A stretch of DNA of 54,853 nt, the filler included, from Sphacelaria rigidula (Eukaryota), in NCBI GenBank assembly GCA_964200075.2. It is 4 parts of 4 records of this genome, joined end to end, with 100 filler letters (N's around TTAATTAATTAA, not from the genome) between each part and the next. Parts side by side here need not be neighbours in the genome. Positions count along the whole stretch, not along the records: positions 1 to 13,639 come from CAXNAA020002752.1; positions 13,740 to 27,378 come from CAXNAA020002753.1; 2 more parts are not named here. One strand, 5' to 3'. Below the pieces are notes generated by a model. That model searched no databases, was not told where the DNA came from, and saw only the letters and a program-made list of their open reading frames with translations. Positions 13,200 to 25,800 of the stretch are shown here, one piece after another; the stretch's first letter is position 1; every line of letters begins with the position of its first letter. Made by a program: the position numbers and the translations under genes.

Positions 13200-13275
13200 G
13201 CATATGGCGAGAATAGAACCGGCGTTATATCCACCCTGTGGGGTAGGTTATACCATTACACCACCGGCGCGTGCC
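13200..13275 (-). mobile_element. Isolated tRNA-like SINE head
   Basis: Minus strand CGCCGGTGGTGTAATGGT ... AGGGTGGA ... GGTTCTATTCTC resembles family C head. Confidence 0.5.
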
Positions 13276-13386
13276 ATGGTCAAATAAAATGAGTGGGCAA
13301 AAGTCGGTGAGGCGGGGTCTTATCAGAAGTGATGATCACTATTAAAATAATCACTTTCGGAGAAGTGATTGCCCCCACAACGACCA

Positions 13387-13639
13387 GTGTGTGTGTGTGT
13401 TCTCGTCCCTTCAATTCTAGACGCCGGTCCATACCTTTCGGTATAAGTGGGCGCATCAGCCGGGGTCACACAGGGGGAAGGTCAACACAGGAGTCTTTTC
13501 TTTTTTATTGTTTTTAGAACTCCATCTTCCTTCTGCGGGGCTTGCCTTTATTTTTTTATCGCGAGAGGGGTTCAACAATCCCTTCCCCTCGTCGACCGTT
13601 GAGTCGAATTTTGTGTACCCACGGCATAGTCGCTCTCCA
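13387..13639 (-). mobile_element. Family E SINE, head truncated by scaffold end
   Basis: ACCTTTCGGTATAAGTGGGCGCATCAGCCGGGGTCACACAGG matches the 39440-39500 region; same (GT)n flank. Confidence 0.75.
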
Positions 13640-13739
13640 NNNNNNNNNNNNNNNNNNNNNNNNNNNNNNNNNNNNNNNNNNNNTTAATTAATTAANNNNN
13701 NNNNNNNNNNNNNNNNNNNNNNNNNNNNNNNNNNNNNNN
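13640..13739. other. Artificial scaffold-joining spacer (44 N + TTAATTAATTAA + 44 N)
   Basis: Exactly 100 bp; central 12-mer has stops in all six frames. Confidence 0.97.
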
Positions 13740-14416
13740 AAAAATTTGCCTCGCTGCTATGTGGTGGCGGCTTGCGGCGAGGCGGAAAAAAAAATAAAAA
13801 AAAAAAAAGGGGGGGGGGGGGGGGGGGGGGAGCAAGGAGATATCTAGCGAAAACAGACAAACAAGCGAACAACCACCGCACGGAATTTTATTTCGCATCA
13901 CATTACATACGTACGGAAAAACGAACGGTAGGGAACATACACGCGAGTGAAAACGATTACACGAAGAGGACAGTTATGTAAGATAGATATTTACGGACTT
14001 TAATTCGCCCTTGACACCAACTCTTCCGGTGACCTCGATGTATACGTTCGCCGTTCGCGCTTCATTCATGCTGTTCGATTAAGTCGCCAAAATGGGGTTG
14101 TTGATGCTTCGTTATTCCCCTTCGTCACTCGCTCAAGGTGCCGAGTGTACTCGTGTTGTTGTCTGTACTGGCCAACATTTCGTGATCAGGTCCCACTTTG
14201 AGCTAGCTTGGTCATGGCAGAAGGGCAGAGGCAATTGGTTCCACCATGGAGCCAAAAGCAAACAAAAGCGAAAGCACCATCAACTACAGTGCTGGCATGC
14301 GCTCTATTAACCAAAGGAAGCTGCTGCTCACAGGATCTAAGATTCTGCGGGAATCTCGCCGGAAACGGCGACACCAACGCAGGTTGCCAAAGGGACAAAT
14401 GTACACATGAAAAATC

Positions 14417-14540
14417 GGGGGGGAGGGTACTCAATCGTTGCTTGCCTTAGTCGTTTGACGATTGACCACGCATCCCTTTCGAGACGGAGCACCGTTCCTA
14501 CTCCTGATACGGCCACCTTCAACATTCGGGCGCTCATTAC
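14417..14540. repeat. Family B dispersed repeat (G-run + GTTGCTTGCCTTAGTCGTTTGAC..CATCCCTTTCGAGACGGAGCACC)
   Basis: Copies at about 26695-26813, 27293-27378 and 41041-41117. Confidence 0.85.
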
Positions 14541-14693
14541 GTTTCTTCCATACAGTACATTGCACAAAAACATTGTGCATGTCTTATCCCCGTCCTGTTT
14601 CACCGTCTGTGGCCACAACTTATCCCCTAGTACAACCATCGTTTCGGGGGGGTGGGGGGTGGGGGGTACTCATGATTCTGCATGCCGTACTCA

Positions 14694-14936
14694 TTAGACC
14701 ATTGACATCATATGCCTACAAAACCGGGAGGGAGCACGCCGGGTTTTCGCCGGACCAAGCAGGCTCGCAATCACCGAGTGCGAAGCGCCGTCATGCGTTC
14801 GGCGAGTCGCAGGAAGGGTGAGATGTATCTCACTCGAAATGCTAGGCCCAGCGCGTACTCGTCATCTTGCGTATGGATGACAGCCTCGGATGGGTTGCGT
14901 CATTTTCTAATATCGTCACCTCCAGACACAGTCACT
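14694..14936. repeat. Family A old dispersed repeat
   Basis: AGACCATTGAC..CCTACAAA..CAAG(C)AGGCTCGC..GTTCGGCGAGTCGCA..ATGGATGACAGCCTCG shared with 22957-23200; opposite-orientation copies at 29590-29880 and 54750-54853. Confidence 0.75.
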
Positions 14937-15486
14937 TTCGGGGGGAGGGCGGCGGGAGCGGGAGTGAAGGGGACTTCCTGAAACGTTCCGCGCGTTGGGG
15001 GCAGGGGGGTCTTGAGGTATTTGCAAGCGTACCAGGCTGCCGTCTAGCGACTATTAAACGTGCCGACAACGGATCACAAGTGGTTCGGGCAGAATATACA
15101 CCGTCGGGTACCCTGGAGTTTCGGTTGATACCCTGCTGGGTAATCTCGATGAGTACTTTGTATCTTCCACACGTCAGACAGCTCATGATCTACCTAAATA
15201 TTACTTCCTTTTGGTGTACTGATCTAGATCATGAGATAGCTCATTTGGTCCCTTTTGTCATGGATGCTCCCTACAGCGCCGGGCGCCGGACACGCCGGGT
15301 AGCGCAAAAGTAGCTCTTTGGCTTCTCGGATCCCACTGGCGCATGTTCTATGTTATTGGACAACGGATCCGAGGAACCTCGTCGATTGGTCGTCTGAGGT
15401 GGCTCATGAGCTGTCCGATGTGTGGTATCTTCGGCGGTGGATCCCTGGGTTGCCGTCTCAACGCCGTTGTACTGTGTTTTTATCTT

Positions 15487-15816
15487 CATTTTTTATTTGT
15501 CGCACTTTGAACCCCCCCCCCCCCTCCTCCTCCTCCTCCTCGGGATGAGCCCGTGGTCTCAAGGGATAAACCTATCTCTCCCCGGTATACGCCTTGCATT
15601 TTGGTCTCGCGGATTGGGTTATGATCATCAGCACTCCCGCACCGCGTCAACTCACGTCAAACAAAATCAGTCGACTACTTTGTTTTTACTCACGTTTCCA
15701 CGCTTTTCCACGATGGAAACTACCTGCCACCAAGAGAACAACCAACACATCGGGAATCGAATCCTCGTTCTCTCCACCCTAATGGCCGCAGACGGACCAT
15801 TACACCACCGGGGCGC
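15487..15816 (-). mobile_element. tRNA-headed SINE, family C
   Basis: Minus strand: A box TGGTGTAATGG, B box GATTCGATTCCC, body shared with the 20330-20640 copy, 3' end GGTTCAAAGTGCGACAA plus A-rich tail. Confidence 0.8.
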
Positions 15817-16296
15817 AAGTGTACCGGTTGACAACTCCGTCAGCGCACACAACGTCGGGAATATTCACCTCAAATTTTTGGATGTGGCCACCATTGTACC
15901 ATGCGGTATCATAGTCACGAACACAATCATACGGAGTCACAAAAGTAAAGAGTACCAAACGTTTCTCACCTGAAGCAATACAGCGGGGGCTTACCGTTTC
16001 TCTTATCCTCTCGGGACCGAAACAACTGTGATACTAGCTTGGCGTTTCTCTGTTCTTTCCTTTCTCCCTTTCTTTTCCTTCCCTTTCCTTCCCTTTCCGT
16101 TTTCTATTCTTCATCTCCCCTTCCATTTTGTTCTTGTTTAGTTTTTACTTTGTTTTCTCTATCTTCTTATTATTTCCACGCTTCTTCTGAGCGAGCGTTT
16201 CCGTGATGTTCACCTTGATACCGCTTACCCTGTTGATCATGACAGCGGCTGGGTCTCGGAGATCAGTTAATGTGCAGCAATCAAGTGATGGTTAGG

Positions 16297-16392
16297 GATT
16301 GATTGATTGGTTGTCGCACTTCAACTAATCCACCATCGATCCATATCTGGTGAGAGTTATAGATGTACCCGAGACGAAACAAAATCGATCAA
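16297..16392 (-). repeat. Family D copy (reverse, diverged)
   Basis: GATTGATTGATTGGTTGTCGCACTTCAA is the reverse complement of the family D terminus. Confidence 0.6.
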
Positions 16393-16664
16393 TTACTGTG
16401 CTCCATCTCGTGTTTCCTTCCATCGTTTGTCGCCCCTTCTGTTTCTTCTCGAAGTGCTTTCATGGAGCGTGTCCCCTCCATTTTCACCTTCGGTGCGTGT
16501 GTATATCTTGTGGCCGCGGCTGAATTCGAAGCATATCAGTTAATGTGCGACAAGTAAATAAATTATAAGATGTGCGACAAGAAATAAAGTAAAATAAAAT
16601 AAAATAATGTTAATCACTCACCCACTCTACTCACTCACTCGATCACTCAATGCGCCTGAAATTT

Positions 16665-16865
16665 TCATCTCACCGGGGAGGACTTGCTACTCTCTCCGGA
16701 CGGCTTAGGCCTGCTACTGCCCATCAACGGGCTGCCCGCGAGGCTGCCGGCAGTGCTGCCAGCATTCGAGTCCACGCCACCGCTGCCGCCGCCGACGACG
16801 ACGACGGGCGTGCTGCTATCCGCGGGCTTTGCATCTTCGACGAACATTTTTCGCCCAAGGGGCAC
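16665..16865 (-). CDS. Unknown protein probable terminal exon (VPLGRKMFVEDAK...SSPVR*)
   Basis: CTAG acceptor phase 0, TGA stop, same low-complexity composition. Confidence 0.72.
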   Translation of the reverse strand: MPLGRKMFVEDAKPADSSTPVVVVGGGSGGVDSNAGSTAGSLAGSPLMGSSRPKPSGESSKSSPVR

Positions 16866-19800
16866 CTAGATGAAGCATCAGCGCCAGACCGAGGTACAAT
16901 GATATATACTGTCAGTCCCTCACGTGGGGATTTTATCACGAAAAATCTCTCAGAAGCGGAGCCCGAGGTCCCGCGCGCTTTCGCAGTCGTGAACATCGTG
17001 TCTGCTGCTACCGTATATGGATATGTACTTTGTCCCGGTAGCAGCGCCTTGGTCGATGGACCGAGCACGGGGTGGTTGCCGTACGGCGCCAATGGACACA
17101 CATATTAGCCAACAACGGTTTCTGCTCACTCATTTCCCATGAACCTAGCCTCCCACCTCCATCATTTGACCAGTCCAACGGGAAGTGCAGAGAGTTTTTC
17201 CATTTTGCATGTACAATACACAGCGAAGTAATCATCACTTTCACCGGATATTATTTTCTTCTCTCGTCATACTACCGACCTGTGCGCTTTCCCGAGAGGA
17301 ACCCTATGTTGCAAGGAAGCAACAAATCTCCCCCTCGGTACCTGGCATCTTGATGTCAAGGATTTCGATCAGCACTCCCGGAGTCACCATTTCAACTATT
17401 GTCGCTTCTTCTTTCCTGCTTAGGTTCTGACGCTTGCAAACGTTAGAAACCAGCTTCTCCAAAAAAAGTCGATATCTAAAAGAATTTGTACTCGCGACCT
17501 TTCCTCCAAGCTGGCCGCCGGTGTACCATTATAATTCACACCACCGGGGCGTGTCACACAAAATTCTCACGTTAGATTAATGAAATACGAGAAAAGCGAC
17601 CGAACACCATGCCAGGAGCAAAAATGAAGACAGGTCGACACCCAAACCGGCTCACAACATCCAACGCGACATACCTGTGGAAGGACGGTAGGGGTGCTTG
17701 GGTGCGACGACGCGAGCCAATCATCGTCTCCGTGAGATGCATCCCCGGCGAAACACCGGTGACTTTCCAACTGCAAGCCGCCCACGACAACAACATCCCC
17801 TATAGACTCGAAGCTCGCAGCGCGAGATGCCCGTGTGGTGGTGTTTTCACCACCGCCGGCGTCGGCGTCGGCGCCGCCGCCACCTTTTTTACCGCTGTCT
17901 ACACCATCGGTAGCGGCAGCGGCCGCCGCGACAGCAGCCGCTGCCGCTGCTGTCGCCGCCGCTTCGCCCGCCGTTGTTGCTGATAACTGATCCTCTTCCT
18001 CCCCAGGAGATTTTTTTGTGAAAAGGTACGAAACCGCGGCCGCCTCGATCGCGGGTCCGGACAGCGTTCGACCGGTTCCGTCGCCCCGGAAACTATCTTC
18101 GCTCCGCGCCCAGTCCGACAGCACGGCGGCATCTGCCGCAGTCAAAGCCCCCGGCATGGAGAAGCCGCGTTGGGGCGCGAATGCGACTCGGGGAGAAGAG
18201 CCGCCGCCGGAGCTGACGGATGCCGTTCCCGAGACGCCAGTGCTAGCGCTGGCGCCACCGGCGTGGATACCCCGTGGCCGCGGAATCCCTCCCGCTCCCC
18301 TTTGTGGGCTAGGGCTTCGGCTTATGCCGACGGATGATCGCGGACTAGGGGACGCGCGGGGGCTGCTGCTCCTCGGCCGGCCGGCCGCTATTCCCAGAGA
18401 GCCACTACGGCCGCTACGGCCACCGCCACCGCCACCACTGCTGCCTGCCCCGCCCGAGGTGCTGCCCGATAGCGACTCCGACAGGGTGGTCGGACGAGTG
18501 TGGCGCCCGCGTGAAGCATATGATGTAATTGAAGCACCGCTGCTACGAGGCGACCCCTCTGGAGACTCGTCGTCCCTCTTTACCGACGGCGAGCTGCTGC
18601 GGGACCTCTGCCGGGTCACGCGCGGATTTCCCCGTGAGCTAGAGAAACCGGCGTTGTTGCCAGCTGCGGTCGCCGGCGGTGGTGTACCGCCGCTGGATTT
18701 TCCAGTGGTGGTTATCTGTCGTTGTGATTGGCTCGACGATCCTACCGCAGAGCCGGGTATCTTCCTGGTCCTAGGGGCTGCAGGGTCTGAGGATCGGCGC
18801 GGGGACGGTTCCGGTATTGGCGACTGCCCACTGATGCGACGACTAGTCTTGGAGCCGGCGGAACGCCCACCACTCACCCCCACCCCCCCGGAACCGCTGC
18901 TTCCGCCGGACGTCTTCCCAGAAGCAAAATTCGCGACTTTTCCGATGGCGGTGGCCGCCGCTGCTTTTCCAAACGCCGAAGCCGTGGAAGCGGAGCCCGA
19001 GGAAGTCCGCCTCATCGACAAACGAGATGAACCATGCCGCGACGAACGCAAACTATTGCCAGTCCCGTAACTCCGGCTCGCGGCGGTCGACACCTCTCGC
19101 CTCCCCCCGAAATACCCGAAGGTACCGGACGGAGGACCGGACCCATACCCATACCCGGTCCGCTGGAGGCCGCGGGACGACGCACTGCTCCCCAATCCCC
19201 CGCTTGCGCCCGCCGGGTGGTGGGATAGGGCGCGCGTTGAAGGTGCCATCGCAGCCCCCGCGGCGCCGACGCCCGTTGCTCCTCCCGTCCTTGCAATGGA
19301 TGGAGTAGTCCCCGCGCCGGCGAAGAGTCGTCGGAGCTCGCTAACAGGGCGGGGCTTAGGGTTCTCTGATGCAAGGTTGGCGGCGATGGCGGCGGCTTGG
19401 GCAGCATCGTCGGCGGCCACGCGCTGTTCGGTGGCGCCGATCATGGCCTCGAGAAGCCCTTCTACTTCAGAACGGCGGTCGATGAGCTCCACCATGTCTT
19501 CCACGGTACGGTACACCTCGTAGTGTTCTGATGTAGGATTGATGAAGCACAGCGAGAGGACGGTGGGGTTCGGTGTGCCCAGGGGTCGAATAGTTCAGGT
19601 TTTGTGTAACTGACAGTGCGATACATCCTACTCGAAGAGAGCATAGTGGACCCGTTCTTACCCCACTAGGCTGCAGTTTGAACCATGGTTCATTTCATTG
19701 TTCTCGTCCTTACCTACTCGTAGCCTTCAATTAGGGGCGGGGTGATGGAACTTCGTGATTTGTCCTTCGCATTGGAATGATCTTAAGGTAATACTTTCTA

Positions 19801-22800
19801 AAGTCCAAGGCACGCAATTGATCCAATTCTTGAAAAACTAGGATCGTTTGACTTCACTTACAGTATTCCTACAGGATGCTTCGGGCCCATGTTAACAAAG
19901 CAGCTCTTCGGCCTTTGGGAAACCTACAAAACTGACTTCACGGGGAGAGGGTCATGTACCGCTAAAAAACCAGGAATTTTGTTCTTTAGCCCGCTACATG
20001 CACTACCCAGTTGGATCTCCATGCAAACATTGACACAGCACATGCTGAGGCGTGTGTCGACAAGCTCACGACGGAATTAGCGCGGAAGGAAAGAAGAAAC
20101 AGACCAAAATGACTTAGCTATAGCACTGAGGGTGACTGCGTACAAGACTAGCTGCCGATATTGAATGCTGCTCTAGAAGGAGACCTCGCGCTCGAAGTGT
20201 AAAGGAGCCGCACAATAGCACGATCCCCACATTACCAAGACGTTTTTCTCAAACTAACCAGGCAGCAGAACCTACTTCGGCGTTTATTCTCATCGTATGT
20301 GAAAATATTTTCGTTTTATTTCATATTATTTTTTTAATTATTTATGTTTGTCGCACTTTGAACCCCTTCCCTTCCTCGGGACGAGTCGGTGGTCTCAAAG
20401 GATCAGCCCATTTCTCCCCGGTACACGCCTTGCATTTTTGTCTCGTGGATTGGGTCAGTACTCCTGCACCGCGCCAACTCACGTCGAACAAACTCAGTCG
20501 ACTACTTTGTTTTCGCTCACGCTCTCACGCGTTCCACGATGGGAATCACATCCTAGAAAAAAATAATCAACACATCGGGAATCGAACCCTCGTTCTCTCC
20601 ACCCTAATGGCGCCAGTCAGACTATTACACCACCGCGGCGAGGCAAGTGATATTTTGAGAAAAAAATCAAAACCGAATAAGACAAAGACAGGCTATGAAG
20701 GCGAGGCTTTCATGCCCCCCTGCAACAAAATCAACATCAGCCTCGCTGGAGGGACATTCAAGAACAAGTCAAATATTGAGTCAGTCGTACCCAACCATTG
20801 TTTGTAGACGGTGCCCTCCTGTACAAAAGGGGAACGGAAGAAGAACATGACGTACACACATTGGGGAATGTGGGCAATTATCTTATACCCTTGGCGTAGG
20901 CCCATGAAAAATGTCATATTCCGTTGCAGGAGAAAAACACAAAAGGACGGGGGTGCGTCCGTCCACGCGCTGGTGTACCCTATCGGTGAAAGTACGCGGC
21001 CGTTCCGGTGTTTTTGCCTGGACAACAAGAATGTATGCCCAGCCCACACGTCAAACGGACCCCGTGAAGGGGGGGGGGGGGGGGGGCGGGCCACGTCTAC
21101 ACCTAATAATAGGTTCGGCGTGGTTGCTTGGTTGGTTTATTGTTGGCCGCTGCAAAATATACTCACCTTCGACCTTGTCCACGATGTTATCCAGGGCAAA
21201 CATCACCTCCCCCGTTACCTCCACCTGGTCCAACATCTCGTCCATGGCCTGAGAGAACAGCCAGAGCAACAAGAGGGTGACAAGAGGGTGACAAAATTAC
21301 ATTACATCGTCAGACACAAACACACACTTAACGGGGGACCAAATGACGTTCGTCTACCCCTAGTGTCCTTGCGGTAGAATTTTGCTTCCGCGAGAGTATT
21401 CCGTGTGTATTCATCGACACGCTCATGTTCTCATCACTGCTGGAGTCGTCTGAGCGAATCAGTGAATGCAAGACAACCGACCAACCGTAGGGCAGATCCA
21501 CGATCAGTGCCGTGCGCAGGGAATTTTCGATCAAAACGAAAAAATCAAAAGTGTACAGTAGACCGGCTGTAAATTCGGTGGAGACTCTGAATCGGATGTG
21601 AGAATTCTGAAAGAAAAAAAAAGAGGTTGCGTACATCTGGCATGTCGTACTCGACGTACCGCATATATAGATGATGAAAATTCAAGACAAACCCGCAAAA
21701 CGGTTTTCTGACACCGAGTGGGTGAGGGTATTGAAAATTGGGCCACACCAGCTGGTGCAAACGCTAGCTGAAGGTTCCAGCAGCTGCGAACAACGTGTCT
21801 TGAACGTTTTCGATCCGTATCTGGGAAAAAACGGTAGAATGTAGACCATACTCTATCTGACCAAATTTTCATCGGCAGTCGGCTTTGTAGTGATATCACT
21901 TCAATCCCCTGGGGTGCAGGCATTCGTAAGTTGGAGGTCGACAAACGGCAGATAACAACTCCCTCGATACGGTTGATCACAGCCCCCTAGATACGGCAGA
22001 CATCACCCATCGGCGATGGCCATCTCCTCCCTTCCTGCCGAACCTTCCACCCTCAGCCCAAATCCAACTCCAACGTCCTTTTTTTACTGATAAGCTGGAC
22101 GTACGAAAATTTGGGATCTCACGGAGTTGTGCAATATGTGGAACCCGGCAAAGAAACAAAAGTGATCTACGTTATCGCGGGTCTGCTCTATATTAGTGAG
22201 TAGTCTATGATCACCTGTGCCACCTCCGCTCTGTCCTGCAACTCGTCTAGTTCGCCATCTTCTGGCCGCCCTATCCTCTTGATCTATGGTGAAGAACAAG
22301 CAAACAAAGGAACACAGACACAGGAACAATGAGGCGCAGGACGATTTCGATGAATATCAACACGTACCTCGAAAATGCCGATCAAACGCTCGATAATCAA
22401 AAGTGCAAGGGAAGTACCGGGTGAGAGATTACTTGATTCCTTTGAAGATCTCAGCATTGCGCCATCCTAGTCGACAATAGGTCCACACCAGACACATACG
22501 TCCGGCAGTCAGTCGCTGCAAATACAAGGAAATCCCAGCACTGCGCAAATGCAGAATCGACAACAATACACACGCTCTCCCTGACACAGTCACACACATG
22601 CGCACGCACACAAGGAACAGACCTCTAGCAATCGCTTGATGGCCTTCTGGATGTGCTCCTCCGTGTGCCTATCCACACCTCCGTCGCGCTCGGTTCGGGG
22701 TCTCGCCATCCGTCTGTCGGAATACTTCTTTAGCGTAGTCAGAAGCTGTCCGGCAGCGACCAGCCTGTCGATGTCAAAGCCCAACGCGTGCGCCGTGCGT

Positions 22801-25800
22801 CATAAGGAAATCAAAGCGCTCAACATCGAAGGGTGGAAGCAGTAGCGCCGTTTGTGTCCTCGTTAACCCCTTTCGCACACAGGTATCGCAGATCGACGGC
22901 ATCGAGAGCACCTTATGCTGTCATTGGGTATACTCACGATCTTGTATGCCGTAGACTTGAGACCATTGACCTCGCATCCCTACAAAGCCGGGACGGAGCA
23001 TGCCGGGTCTTCGCCGGACAAGGCTCGCGATCCATCACCAAGCACGAAGCACCGTGATATGTTCGGCGAGTCGCATGAAGTGTGAGCTGTATCCTACTAA
23101 TTCGTTCGGCCCGAAGCGTACTAATCATCTTGCCCATGGATGACAGCCTCGAAAGAGTTGCTTCATTTTCTGGGATCGCCACTTCCAGAGACGGGTTACA
23201 GTACCTCATGGGTGTGTGCTGTTACTGGAAGGTTGTCGTCGTAAAATAGACAGCAGCTGCTCGGGTTATTGCCTCGGGGTTTACCAGCGTTAATAAAGGT
23301 CAGCCGGCGCCGGCGGGTCCGGAAGGGGGTCTGGGGCCCAAGAAGTTCAACGAAACAGTGCGATGAAAGTACAGAACATCATGGCGTGAAAAAACATTAC
23401 GTACACCAGCGCAAAAGCACAACGCAAAACCAACAACAACAACAACAACAAAAAGCACACCGCAGCAAGCACAACTCACCGCTCGTTCCAATGAGTAGCC
23501 TTCAGGTAAATATCCCTCCTGAACTTCGTGAGGTACACCACCATATCCCCGGCATTCACGGCCCGCCCACCTCCCCCGCTTCCCCCACCCTTTGCACCCG
23601 TTCCACCGCCACCGCTGCCTACAGCCCCGCTCGACGCCGCCGCCGCTGTCACAGCCGTGATCACTGTCTGAACCGCAGCAGCCACCACCACCGCCGGTGC
23701 CTTGACGCCGCCCTCCTTGCCCTCCCCGGGGGCACTTCCCGCGGAAGCCTGCCGGGATGAATCTTTGCTCTCACCGCTCGCGGTGGCGGGGGGCGCGGCG
23801 GGGGCAGGTGACGCTGTAGTACTGCTGGTGCCCTGGGTATTCTTGTTGGGAGTTGGCGTCACTGAGGGATCGGTCGGCACAGGCAATACCTTCGCTGTTT
23901 CGACAACCCCTGTCGAGGGAGAGGAAGATATTGCGGCGGCGAGAGGTTTCGGGTTGCTGTCGCCGCCGCCGCTTTTGTCGCCAACAGTAGAATCCGACGA
24001 CAGTTCGTCCGCAGGGCGTTTAGCTTCCGGCTGATTCCATTGCTGCTGGCCCGTAGCATTCGGAGCTGCGCCCTTCGACCCCGGCGTTAAAGCAGTAGGG
24101 ACAGGTGCGTTGCTGTCACCAGAACCAGGGCCGGGTGTTGTTTGTGGAGATGAGGGGCGTGAGGTGCCTACATCGCCACCGCCTCCACCAACGGTCGCCT
24201 TCTCGCGGTCTTCGACAACCGTGGCGAGTGCGGGGATCGTCTCCGACAACGCGGGAGCGGAGGCGATAGTCGGTGAAGCAGGCGCGGAAGATGTTGAGAC
24301 CGTTAACGGCACGGCTGCCGCGGAGCTCTCATCTTGTGTTACAGAAGCGCTCAAACCGTCGACACAGGCAGAAGCACGAACACCACGCACTCCAGTGGAC
24401 GGGCGGTCCGAAAGCGCGTCAATATCACCACCGTCATTGTGCTCAACCGCAGCGGTCGCTGCTTCCGTCGGTCCCGCACCGACGCCTGCAACCGCCACCG
24501 CGGCCCCAGCCGCAGCCTTCCCCGTGTCAAGACTTGGGTCGGCGACGACGGCGTGACCCTCCACCGCCGATTGAACTAGCCTCCCCGCCGCCGGCGGAGG
24601 AAATGATTGCGCGGTCGATGACTCTGCCAAGGACGGCGGCGGGACAGATATGGTGGCGGGGGACGAGGCCGTGGCAGTGGTGGCGGAGGTGACACCGCCA
24701 CCACTGTCGCCCCCGGCAGAGGTTGGCGCCACGGTCGGAACGGATGCTGAGGAAGCTGCACGCGTGCCGCTCCAGTCGTCGGTAGGGGTCTGCGGGCGGT
24801 CTTGCTCCCGTACTTGGGACTTGGCAAGTGCTGGCGCCGCGGCGCCCACCCCTGCCATGGTCGACGGCTCTGCGGGGTTTCCAGCTGCAGCGGTGGCGGC
24901 AACAGGGGTGTCACCTGTGATATCTTCTACGGTGACACGAGCGGGCGGCGGCGGCGGCGTGGGCTGTCTCAGGAGCTCTTGCAGCGCGTCGCCGAATACC
25001 TGGACGGCCAGTTTCGTCTGCATGGAAACGGCGAATGGTGCGTACGCGAGAGTGAAGCGAGGGAAGAGAAGTACAGTAAAGGAATCAACTACTGGTCGAC
25101 GAATTGCGAAACCGTTGTCACTGGGGTTGCTGACCCACTGAAAACATTGGGATGAATGATTCAAGCGAATGCCCTATTTCGCTCCATATTATTTGCACCG
25201 ACAACCCAGGTGGCACTGGTGCTCATGCGGCACACAACAGAAAAAGCGACCGTATTCTGAGAGCTGTCTACATGAGGGTTCCGTTGCGCTTACCGCGGGC
25301 AGACGAGCGACGACGCGTGGGCTCCGAGCCATCTTCTCCAGCAGCTCCAGACCCATGGCGACCAGCTCCATGCGTACCTCCAGCGCTTCCTTCACGACGG
25401 CTGATAGAGCTTCGAGCTGAAAAGGCGTGTTTCGGTACAAAAACAAAAAAAAACATCACTATGGAGAAAGACACCTGGCACCACCGAAAATTGAAATACT
25501 TCGGAGCATGTGTACCTAGGATTCAGGAGCAAAGCATGTAGCCACTGCTGCACGACCCGTACACACGGTACAATAGTATGTCATGATGCAGAGCCGAAAT
25601 TTGATGGTAGACCATGATGCAGAATAAATAAACGAGTACTATCACGGCCATCGACAACGTCGCCCACGAGCTACCCCCCGCGGAAGGACCAACGCCATGG
25701 CGGAAAAAAGCACAAAAATTAATGAACACACACTTCTCCTTCACTATCACATCACCGATTATCGTTCACGAGGAATTAGTTATCACGAATGGTTTCGAAC

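Noticed and set aside
13684-13695. TTAATTAATTAA as a regulatory or biological palindrome
   Set aside because: Identical in all three 100-bp N spacers; a six-frame stop linker added during sequence processing.
18018-19070. 350-aa plus-strand ORF (also 23702-25141 plus-strand ORFs and 41654-42493 minus ORF)
   Set aside because: Antisense shadows of GC-rich low-complexity exons; no independent motifs.
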